Of a stretch of DNA of 64,000 nt, positions 34,147 to 41,441 are shown piece after piece (positions within the stretch are counted from its first letter, which is position 1; the number at the start of each line of letters is the position of its first letter). A model generated the notes under the pieces. That model had not been told where the DNA came from. It saw only the letters and a list, made by a program, of their open reading frames with translations, and ran no database searches. This DNA is from a virus: the IMG/VR virus record IMGVR_UViG_3300032770_000020, positions 3,284-67,283 of that record; one strand, written 5' to 3'. The translations under genes were made by a program, and so were the position numbers.

Positions 34147-34438
34147 CGCCGGGGAGCTCGTACACGTGGTAGACCGCGTGCTTGCGCCCGACCTCGACGT
34201 GAGTGCTGCCGATGTAGCAGGAGCCGCTCGGGGCGCTGGCGCCCGCCATGAGCACCACGAACTCCCGGCTGTGCTTCACGTCGATGGCGCGCGTGGTGTC
34301 GTCCACGTCGGTCTCGGCGAATAGGTCCGGGCCTCGATCGCCGGGCGCGACGCACAGGATGCGCGCGCGGCGCTGGAGGCTGACGACCTGGGTGTCGGTG
34401 CTGCAGTTGAGGGAGTGCTTGCTGATCTGCCGTGCCAT
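34127..34438 (-). CDS. Small phage protein, lone minus-strand gene
   Basis: RBS AAAAGGGGTCTC; YIGS...VYHVYE pattern. Confidence 0.7.
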   Translation of the reverse strand: MARQISKHSLNCSTDTQVVSLQRRARILCVAPGDRGPDLFAETDVDDTTRAIDVKHSREFVVLMAGASAPSGSCYIGSTHVEVGRKHAVYHVYELPGVKPIGL

Positions 34439-34478
34439 GATGAGACCCCTTTTGCGTTGGGAGCAAGCAGACTAGGCC

Positions 34479-35279
34479 ATGGCGAAACAGCCCGCAACAA
34501 CGAGTAACAAGCCTATCGACCTGACGTACGGGTTCCCGGGGGCCCTCCCGCGTGCCGGCACGAGCGGGGACACCGCCAAGCTGCTCGAGTTCTTCCAGCT
34601 GTACGCCCAGGGCGTCAGCGTCGCGGACGCCACCAGGAAGGTCGGGTTCTCCACGAAATGGGCCCGGCAGTACTCCTATCGGTGGCTCAAGAAGTACGCC
34701 GACTACGTGACCTGGCTCCAGGCGCACGTCGCCCAGGTGAACGCCCAGCAGCTGGCGCTCGAGCAGTCGGACGTCCTGCGGCAGATCGGCCTGATCGCGA
34801 TGGCCAACGACTACGACTACTTGGTCTTCGAGCGCGAGGGCGGCAAGGTCAGCGTGCGCTTCAAGGAGCTCCACGAGCTCACGCGCGAGCAGATGACAGC
34901 GATCGAGGTGGTCCGCGGCCCCAACGGCAAGCCCAAGGGCTGGAAGTGGCGGGACCGCGACGGCAAGCTCTTCGAGCTCGGCAAGCACCTCGGCATGTTC
35001 AACGAGAAGGTCATCCTCGAGCACCGCCACCGCCACTTGCATGTCACCGCGGACCTGTCCAAAGTGCCGCTCAAGGCGCTCGAAGCCCTCGAGACCGAGT
35101 TCGATCGGCTGCTGGCGCATGAGGAGCCGGCCAATGCCCAAGGCAGACTACCCGCAGTACGAGGCGATAAAGGCCAAAATGGTGGCGGAGGGCAAGCCGC
35201 TGGCGGCGGCCAAGACGTCGGCGGCCAGAATCACCAACAGCCGGGGCGGTCGCGTGCCGCCAAGCCATCCACGCGCTGA
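34479..35279 (+). CDS. terS: Terminase small subunit
   Basis: A.RKVGFS.K.A HTH, DVLRQIGLIA, ELGKHLGMF; upstream of terL. Confidence 0.8.
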   Translation: MAKQPATTSNKPIDLTYGFPGALPRAGTSGDTAKLLEFFQLYAQGVSVADATRKVGFSTKWARQYSYRWLKKYADYVTWLQAHVAQVNAQQLALEQSDVLRQIGLIAMANDYDYLVFEREGGKVSVRFKELHELTREQMTAIEVVRGPNGKPKGWKWRDRDGKLFELGKHLGMFNEKVILEHRHRHLHVTADLSKVPLKALEALETEFDRLLAHEEPANAQGRLPAVRGDKGQNGGGGQAAGGGQDVGGQNHQQPGRSRAAKPSTR

Positions 35280-35295
35280 GAGACGCCAGCCATAG
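35134..35295 (+). CDS. Small basic protein overlapping the terS 3' end in +1 frame
   Basis: GAGGAG RBS; MPKADYPQYEAIKAKMVAEGKPLAAAKTSAARITN. Confidence 0.6.
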   Translation: MPKADYPQYEAIKAKMVAEGKPLAAAKTSAARITNSRGGRVPPSHPRAERRQP

Positions 35296-35317
35296 TCCTG
35301 GTGTAGTCTCGCGACCC

Positions 35318-35716
35318 ATGGAAGCCGAAACCCCCACGCCCCAGGTTGCCATGCTCGAGCGGCTGCTCGCGGCGGCCAAGTCGGGCGATGTGGTCGACGT
35401 CGTGGTCGCGTTCACCACCAAGGACGACCGCGACGGCGTGCAGGCCTCTCCGATGAGCGTCATCAAGCTCAACCACCTCTGGCGCCTGTTCGACGAGCGC
35501 GTGCGCGGTGCCTACCGCGAGGTGCGCCAGCGTGCGAGCGCGGCGCGCGCGCCGACCGCCGGGGTCTCCGCCACGCAGCCGAAGGCCAAGAGCGCAGCCG
35601 CGGCGCGGATCCCGCGCGTCGTGCGGCGCGCCATCGCCAAGAAGGCTCGGAAGATGGCCGAGCGGGCCGCAGCTGCTCAGCCCACGCCGCCCAAGGCACC
35701 CGCCGCGACCAACTAG
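35318..35716 (+). CDS. Hypothetical protein
   Basis: GC3 bias; A/K-rich tail. Confidence 0.65.
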   Translation: MEAETPTPQVAMLERLLAAAKSGDVVDVVVAFTTKDDRDGVQASPMSVIKLNHLWRLFDERVRGAYREVRQRASAARAPTAGVSATQPKAKSAAAARIPRVVRRAIAKKARKMAERAAAAQPTPPKAPAATN

Positions 35717-35724
35717 GAGCCACC

Positions 35725-36117
35725 ATGCCCAGCCGGTCAATCCGTGATGCCATGCAAAACCCGATGGCCGCGACGCGGCCGCAGAACCCCCGAGTCGGCC
35801 GCCCCGGCGTGCAGCGACCGCATGGCACCCCGCGCGTGGGTGCGAGGCTCCCGACCATGCAAGGACGCCCGTTTCAGGGACCTGCCCCCGCGGCGCGCCC
35901 TCCCGTGCAGATGGGTGGACCAGCAAACCCCCAGGCGCCACCCAACCCCATGGCATCGGCACAGGGCCCGCTGCCCGCAGGCCTCCAGGCGCCCAACGCG
36001 CGCGTCAATACACCCCAGCTTCCAGCCCCAGCCGCTGGCGGTTCCGCGCCGACCGCGCTGAACATGCCTCCGCTGCAGGGGCGCCCGGCACCGATCGCTG
36101 GCGGCCGCTTCGGCTGA
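35725..36117 (+). CDS. Pro-rich disordered protein
   Basis: TAGGAGCCACC-ATG. Confidence 0.6.
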   Translation: MPSRSIRDAMQNPMAATRPQNPRVGRPGVQRPHGTPRVGARLPTMQGRPFQGPAPAARPPVQMGGPANPQAPPNPMASAQGPLPAGLQAPNARVNTPQLPAPAAGGSAPTALNMPPLQGRPAPIAGGRFG

Positions 36118-36121
36118 GCCA

Positions 36122-36301
36122 ATGGGTCGCTCCGGCAAGGACCTGCGCCGCGAGCTCGCGCCCGTGACTGGCGTGCCGACCGACGACCACGCGCTGCTGC
36201 GCGCCGCAGTCCCAGCGGACGCGCCGGCGCCACTCGCTCAGACCATCAAGACTCGCGCCCAGCAGCTGCGCGCGGGCAACCCCAGGAGACAGCCGCTATG
36301 A
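36122..36301 (+). CDS. Hypothetical protein (59 aa)
   Basis: Fills the gap; ATGA overlap with next gene. Confidence 0.45.
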   Translation: MGRSGKDLRRELAPVTGVPTDDHALLRAAVPADAPAPLAQTIKTRAQQLRAGNPRRQPL

Positions 36302-36771
36302 CCGGAGAGGCAGAGACCACCCAGGCCCAGGCCGACGCGAACACCGCGATCGCGCAGGGCGATCCAGCCGCGCAGCAGACCTCGCAGCCGGACCCCGCAC
36401 CCCAGAGCGCCGCGGCCGCCGCACAGGCTGAGGGGGCTGCCGCGGAGGCGGGGGCGCCTGCCGGCGATGGCGTGTCGCTGACGTCGGCGTCCAATCCCGG
36501 CGCGCAGGGCATCGACCCGGCCGCGCTCGAGGAGACCGAGATCGAGGTGAAGGTGCCCGCATTCGAGGACAGCGACCATCCGGGCTCCCCGATCGGCGAG
36601 GAAATCATGCAACGGCTGCGCTACTTCGAGAACCTGGCGGCCCACATGAAGGCGCACATCCACTCGCTGAAGGGCGTGCTGGGACGGCACGGCATCGCGG
36701 CTCCGCGCATGCCGCATTTCCCGCCGCTCCGCAGCGTGCTCGGGCACCACGACGCGAACGACCACACCTAG
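36298..36771 (+). CDS. Hypothetical Ala-rich protein
   Basis: RBS AGGAG. Confidence 0.65.
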   Translation: MTGEAETTQAQADANTAIAQGDPAAQQTSQPDPAPQSAAAAAQAEGAAAEAGAPAGDGVSLTSASNPGAQGIDPAALEETEIEVKVPAFEDSDHPGSPIGEEIMQRLRYFENLAAHMKAHIHSLKGVLGRHGIAAPRMPHFPPLRSVLGHHDANDHT

Positions 36772-36814
36772 GGCTACATCAGAGGGGGGCGAAAGAGCGC
36801 AAGCGGTTCGGGTA

Positions 36815-36994
36815 GGGGCGCGCCTGGCTAGCGCGCAGCGACCAGGTAGCCTCTGGTTCCCGAGAGGCTCCGCCGGCTCGAGCTCCCAAACACAGAGCGC
36901 CCCGCCGCGGTCGGTAGGACCTGGGGCACGGAGACAAAGTCCCCTCGAGGCCGGCGCGGCACCAGCCTCGAGGGGCGGCAGCGCCTTCGGGCGC
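36815..36994 (+). other. Structured intergenic region before terL
   Basis: GGGGCGC/GCGCCCC enclosing two hairpins; 10-bp CCCCTCGAGG stem; C(UUCG)G hairpin. Confidence 0.45.
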
Positions 36995-37001
36995 GGGGTA
37001 T

Positions 37002-38636
37002 ATGCAGCAGATCGAGCTCACGCCTGTTCAGCGGGCTGAGCGCCAGTACACCGCAGTCACCGCGGAAACCTGCCGGCGCTCGCTCCGCAAGTTCCTGAAG
37101 CGCGTCTGGCCGGTGGTCGACCCCAAACCGTACGTCGAGGCCTGGCACATCGACGCCATCTGCGACCACCTGGCGTACGTCGCGCTCGGCGACATCCAGA
37201 ACCTGATGATCAACATTCCCCCGCGCATGACCAAGAGCTCGGTGGTCAGCGTGGCGTTCCCGGCCTGGGTGTGGACGGACATGCCCGAGATTCAGTTCCT
37301 GGCGGCGTCTTACCAGCAGGACCTGGCCAACGGCGACGCCATCAAGATGCGCCGCATCATCGAGTCGCCCTGGTACCGCGCGCGCTACCCGCAGGTGGTC
37401 CTCCTCAGCGACCAGAACCGGGTGGACGACTTCCGCAATAACCACGGCGGCTACCGGCAGACCACCTCCACCGGCGGCGTAACGACCGGTCTGGGCGGGG
37501 ACTGGCAGCTGCTGGATGACCCACACAACGCGGCCACCATCGAATCCGATGCCGTACGCAAGGGAGCGGTCTTCTGGCACGACAACGCCTGGCGCTCCCG
37601 CGTCAACGACCCCAACAAGGCCCGCCGCGTGTACGTGGGCCAGCGCACCCATGACGGAGACATCTTCGGCCACGTCCTGGCAGTCGAGGGCAAGCGCTGG
37701 GTCCACCTCAACCTCCCCATGGAGTTCGACGGCGCCAGGCGCTGCACCACCCACCGCAATCGGGGGGATGGCCCCATCGGCTCGCCCATCTTCGTGGACC
37801 CCAGGCAGAAGGCCAACAGCCTCCTGTGCCCCGCGCGCTTCGATGAGCACACCGCCGAGCGGGAAAAGGCCGCTACCAGCCAGAGGACCTGGAACGGCCA
37901 GTACCAGCAGCAGCCCGAGGGCGCCGGCGGGGTCATCCTCAAGAGGAAATGGTGGCGGAAGTGGGAGCATCCGCCGTGGCACCCGCAGTATCGGACCGCC
38001 GAGAAGGAGATGCCGGAGTTCCTGGCGGTGCTTCAGGCCTACGACACGGCTTTCGAGGACAGCGAGCAGGACAGCTACACCGTCCGGACGACCTGGGGCC
38101 TGTTCGAGCACGCGGACGTGCTCAGGCGCCCGGGCAAGGCCAAAGGCAGCGAGGTGGTGATCGAGCTCGAGCCCAAGATCCACGCCATGATCCTCGAGCG
38201 CAAGAAGTGGCGGCCGTCCTTCGGCGCCCTGGTGGACGATGCCGTCGATGCCTTCAACCAGTGGGAACCCGACCGGGTGCTGGTCGAGAAGAAGGCCTCG
38301 GGCCACTCGCTGGTCCAGGAGCTGCGACGCAAGGGCATCCCGGTGAGGGCCATCAAGATCCAGGGCGACCTGGTCTACCGCGCGCACTTGGCGAGCCTGC
38401 CGCTCGAGAAGGGCAGCATCTGGTACCTCGAGCGCAACTGGGCGATGGACCTGATCGAGGAGTGCGCCAAGTTCCCGAACGTGGACTTCAACGACCAGGT
38501 GGCGAGCTGCGTCATCGCGTGGATGTACATGCGCCGCTACATGGACCTGCAGATCGAGGACGACGACGACACCGAGGAGCTCGAGCTCTTCAACCCGCGA
38601 ATCCTGCGCAACCAGAGGGCTGGCTACTATGGCTAA
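37002..38636 (+). CDS. terL: Terminase large subunit
   Basis: INIPPRMTKS Walker A, LLDDPH Walker B, GQYQQQP, AYDTA, VEKKASG, DQV. Confidence 0.95.
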   Translation: MQQIELTPVQRAERQYTAVTAETCRRSLRKFLKRVWPVVDPKPYVEAWHIDAICDHLAYVALGDIQNLMINIPPRMTKSSVVSVAFPAWVWTDMPEIQFLAASYQQDLANGDAIKMRRIIESPWYRARYPQVVLLSDQNRVDDFRNNHGGYRQTTSTGGVTTGLGGDWQLLDDPHNAATIESDAVRKGAVFWHDNAWRSRVNDPNKARRVYVGQRTHDGDIFGHVLAVEGKRWVHLNLPMEFDGARRCTTHRNRGDGPIGSPIFVDPRQKANSLLCPARFDEHTAEREKAATSQRTWNGQYQQQPEGAGGVILKRKWWRKWEHPPWHPQYRTAEKEMPEFLAVLQAYDTAFEDSEQDSYTVRTTWGLFEHADVLRRPGKAKGSEVVIELEPKIHAMILERKKWRPSFGALVDDAVDAFNQWEPDRVLVEKKASGHSLVQELRRKGIPVRAIKIQGDLVYRAHLASLPLEKGSIWYLERNWAMDLIEECAKFPNVDFNDQVASCVIAWMYMRRYMDLQIEDDDDTEELELFNPRILRNQRAGYYG

Positions 38637-39120
38637 CAAGTCGGAAATGACCGTGGACGTGCAGCAGGCGCTCGACTCCCAGCCGCACCACTCCGCTGGG
38701 CTCACTGCATTGGTCGGCAGGCTGTTTCACTGCATGTACGGGCCGGAGCGCGCCTACTTCGAGTTTCCGTACGATCGGCTGGGGCCGGAGCACGTCGTGG
38801 TGCGCATCGTGTACTCGACCTGGGGATACACCGCTCCGAGGGGCCCAGACGCCGAGCGGCTCATCTGCTGCGCGCTGTGGGAGGACTTCAAGCGCGCCTA
38901 CAGCCATCTCGCCAACGTCGGGTACTGGAATTCGGTGCTCTTTTGGCGGCTCAGCCCGGAGCTCGTGTGGTCGCAGTCAGACGACCGGGTAAAGGTGCGC
39001 ACGCGGTTGGCGATACCGGGTCTCCGCCTCGATAGCTACGAGGGGTTCTGGCCGGAGGGTGGCCAATGCCCGAATCTTGGAGTAGCGTCCGCCGCACAAT
39101 CACAAGCGGAGGTCCCATGA
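38629..39120 (+). CDS. Hypothetical protein
   Basis: Overlap with terL stop; globular composition. Confidence 0.6.
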   Translation: MANKSEMTVDVQQALDSQPHHSAGLTALVGRLFHCMYGPERAYFEFPYDRLGPEHVVVRIVYSTWGYTAPRGPDAERLICCALWEDFKRAYSHLANVGYWNSVLFWRLSPELVWSQSDDRVKVRTRLAIPGLRLDSYEGFWPEGGQCPNLGVASAAQSQAEVP

Positions 39121-39431
39121 ACCCGATCAGAACTCTCGACCTGCCTCAGTGGCGCTGCCACAAGGTCGTGGGGGCATTCAAGATCGGCGGGATCGAGCTC
39201 TCGACACGCAAGGGCATGATCCAGGTCTACGAGGTGTCCGACGCGCCGCGGGAGCAGGTGCCTTACGCGGTCGTGCCCCGAGAGGCCTTCCGCGCTCGAA
39301 CGCCGGACAACTCGCGTCCGCTGGGCTTCCCCGACGAGTACGTCGGCGGCTACCTGGTGCAGTACGAGGACGGCTACCTGTCCTGGTCGCCGGCCGAGGC
39401 GTTCGAGAAGGGCTATACGAGGATCGAGTGA
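39117..39431 (+). CDS. Conserved-type small phage protein
   Basis: CHKVV.A..I...GGYLVQYEDGYLSWSPAEAFEKGY. Confidence 0.8.
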   Translation: MNPIRTLDLPQWRCHKVVGAFKIGGIELSTRKGMIQVYEVSDAPREQVPYAVVPREAFRARTPDNSRPLGFPDEYVGGYLVQYEDGYLSWSPAEAFEKGYTRIE

Positions 39432-39688
39432 CCGCAGCCTGGTTCGTCACCGTGGTGGGGATTGCCACCGCAGTGGTGGTGGTCACCGACGTCCTGGTGC
39501 TGGTCGTGGTCACGCTGATCTCGCGCCGCCCGCGCAGGCCTCCGCCGCCCGAGCTATTCCTGCCCGACGGCTGGCGCACCTGGCACTCGGACGGACGCGG
39601 GTACAGCCGCCAGTACCGCTGGCACCACGGCCGCTGGCGCGAGATACCAGGCCAGCGGGTGCCGGAGGCGGAGCTCGACGAGTCGTGA
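39428..39688 (+). CDS. Small membrane protein
   Basis: GTGA overlap; N-terminal TM. Confidence 0.55.
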   Translation: MTAAWFVTVVGIATAVVVVTDVLVLVVVTLISRRPRRPPPPELFLPDGWRTWHSDGRGYSRQYRWHHGRWREIPGQRVPEAELDES

Positions 39689-39960
39689 GCGTGCTATTCG
39701 CCTTCGGGCAGATGTTGCACGTGACGCTGATCGACCATATCCTCGGCCCCGTGCCGACCACGCAGACTCCGGGGAGCCAGTTGCGCGTCACCAAGACAGC
39801 CCGCGGCGCGGAAGTGTTCGAGGGCGCACCCTGTAAGCGCGGCACGACGCTCAAGTACCTGTCGACCCGGAGCTGCGTGAAATGCGCGCGCGACGCTGCC
39901 GCCCGGCAGCTCGAGCGCAGGCGGCAAGCCCGAGCAGCTTCCAAGGGAGTTCAGCCATGA
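39685..39960 (+). CDS. Small Cys-containing basic protein
   Basis: F.G.PCKRG...Y....SCVKC. Confidence 0.55.
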   Translation: MSVLFAFGQMLHVTLIDHILGPVPTTQTPGSQLRVTKTARGAEVFEGAPCKRGTTLKYLSTRSCVKCARDAAARQLERRRQARAASKGVQP

Positions 39961-40442
39961 CCAAGAGACTTTCCACCGCGCTGGGAATCGCGTCGCTCTG
40001 CACCGCGTTCGCCATCGCCGTTCTCTGCGTGACCGCACTGACACCGATACGCCACGCGCCGACAATCACGCCGGCCCACGCGGCGCCAGCGTCGGAGGCG
40101 CCGGAGCCGGCTCACCAGACCCTCGCGGAGGGCCAAATGCTGGTGGGTAGCCAAGTCATCGCCGGCGACTGTGTCTATCCGGATGAGACAGCCGCGGCGG
40201 CTGAGCAGCCTCCGTGCCAGATTCACCCGGGGTCCTTGATCACCTTCCCGAGGTTCGCGACCGGTACGGTGACGACCGTCGAGCCCGCCAAACCGCCGAT
40301 AGGCACGGTGACCATCCACTCGAGCGACCCCGACCACCCACTGCGGTGTCCACGCCAGACCGAAGGCACGATGACCTGCGTCGAGATGGCCGACGGCTCG
40401 CTGCTCTGGAGCACGGGGCCACTACCACCGCCGATCAGCTGA
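39957..40442 (+). CDS. Secreted/membrane-anchored protein
   Basis: ATGA overlap; hydrophobic N-terminus; paired Cys. Confidence 0.55.
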   Translation: MTKRLSTALGIASLCTAFAIAVLCVTALTPIRHAPTITPAHAAPASEAPEPAHQTLAEGQMLVGSQVIAGDCVYPDETAAAAEQPPCQIHPGSLITFPRFATGTVTTVEPAKPPIGTVTIHSSDPDHPLRCPRQTEGTMTCVEMADGSLLWSTGPLPPPIS

Positions 40443-40705
40443 TGCGCGAGGGACCTGTCACGGTCCTGGTGAGCTGCGCCCTGGTGATGATCGTGCTGTG
40501 CGTGCTCGTCATCTCGATTGCAGGGTGCTGCTCGCCACCTCCCGCGCGCGCCGCGGTGGACTACCGCTGCGACGACCCGAACTGGTGCAACCGCATGACC
40601 TGCACGGCGGCGCCTGGCGAGTACCCGGTGTGCCAGACCACGGCCATGGCGTGCATGCGGCCGGCGACCTGTCCGAACGTGGAGCTCAGGAGCGGCAGGT
40701 GGTGA
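40442..40705 (+). CDS. Cys-rich lipoprotein-like miniprotein
   Basis: TGATG overlap; hydrophobic segment then IAG|CC; six further Cys. Confidence 0.55.
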   Translation: MREGPVTVLVSCALVMIVLCVLVISIAGCCSPPPARAAVDYRCDDPNWCNRMTCTAAPGEYPVCQTTAMACMRPATCPNVELRSGRW

Positions 40706-40842
40706 TCGTCCCGCACCGGCTGAACGGGTGGGTCGAGCCGTACGCCGTGCGGGCGGCGTACGAGCAGTGGCTTATCGGGCGCACGCAGCCGTCGGTCTAC
40801 GCCACCTCCGCGCGCGGCCCCCAGCTGCCGGCGTGCCCATAG
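40702..40842 (+). CDS. Hypothetical protein (46 aa)
   Basis: GTGA overlap. Confidence 0.4.
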   Translation: MIVPHRLNGWVEPYAVRAAYEQWLIGRTQPSVYATSARGPQLPACP

Positions 40843-41039
40843 GCTTCGCTCCGCCCGCGCTCCTTGCCGCCCTGCTCCGCGAGCTCGGGCCCATCCCAGG
40901 CCACGACTTCGCGATGTCCGCGCGCTGCCACTTCTGCGGCGTAACCCAGGAGGAGGTCGAGAACAACCTGGCGCCGAAGCACTGCCTGATGCGCCGCAAG
41001 TTCGAGCGCGACCAGCAGCCGCGCGGAGGGATGCCGTGA
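40833..41039 (+). CDS. Small zinc-finger-like protein
   Basis: HDF....CHFCG...C. Confidence 0.45.
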   Translation: MPIGFAPPALLAALLRELGPIPGHDFAMSARCHFCGVTQEEVENNLAPKHCLMRRKFERDQQPRGGMP

Positions 41040-41344
41040 GCGCCTTTAGCACCCCCATCAAGTACTCGTTCAGCAACGTCTGGGCGGTGGTCATCCTGCG
41101 CTCGCTCGACGTCTTCTGGGCCTGCGTCATCTGGCGCGACTACGACATCACCATCTCGAGTTACACCGGGCTCGAGCTCCGGAAGCCCAAGCCGCAGCTG
41201 TGGGCGCGCGTGCTCGGGTGGGTGCTGAACCACATCCAGAAGGACCACTGCGAGGGCGCGATCGCCGCCGACATCGAGCGCGCGCGGGACGCCCTGACAA
41301 TCCTCGGCGTCGAGGACGAGGCCTCCAAGGACGGCCCTCCGTAG
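41036..41344 (+). CDS. Phage protein
   Basis: TISS..G......WA..L...L..I.KDHC..A motif. Confidence 0.7.
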   Translation: MSAFSTPIKYSFSNVWAVVILRSLDVFWACVIWRDYDITISSYTGLELRKPKPQLWARVLGWVLNHIQKDHCEGAIAADIERARDALTILGVEDEASKDGPP

Positions 41345-41441
41345 CGCGGGCGACGCGCTAACGCTACACTCCGCGCCATCCGCAGCCGCACCGTAGTGCC
41401 TGCTGCACCAACTGGAGGGCCTCAGGGCCCCAGGAATTGGT

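Noticed and set aside
36815-36907. Canonical tRNA before terL
   Set aside because: 7-bp terminal stem is present but there is no proper D-loop, T-arm spacing or CCA
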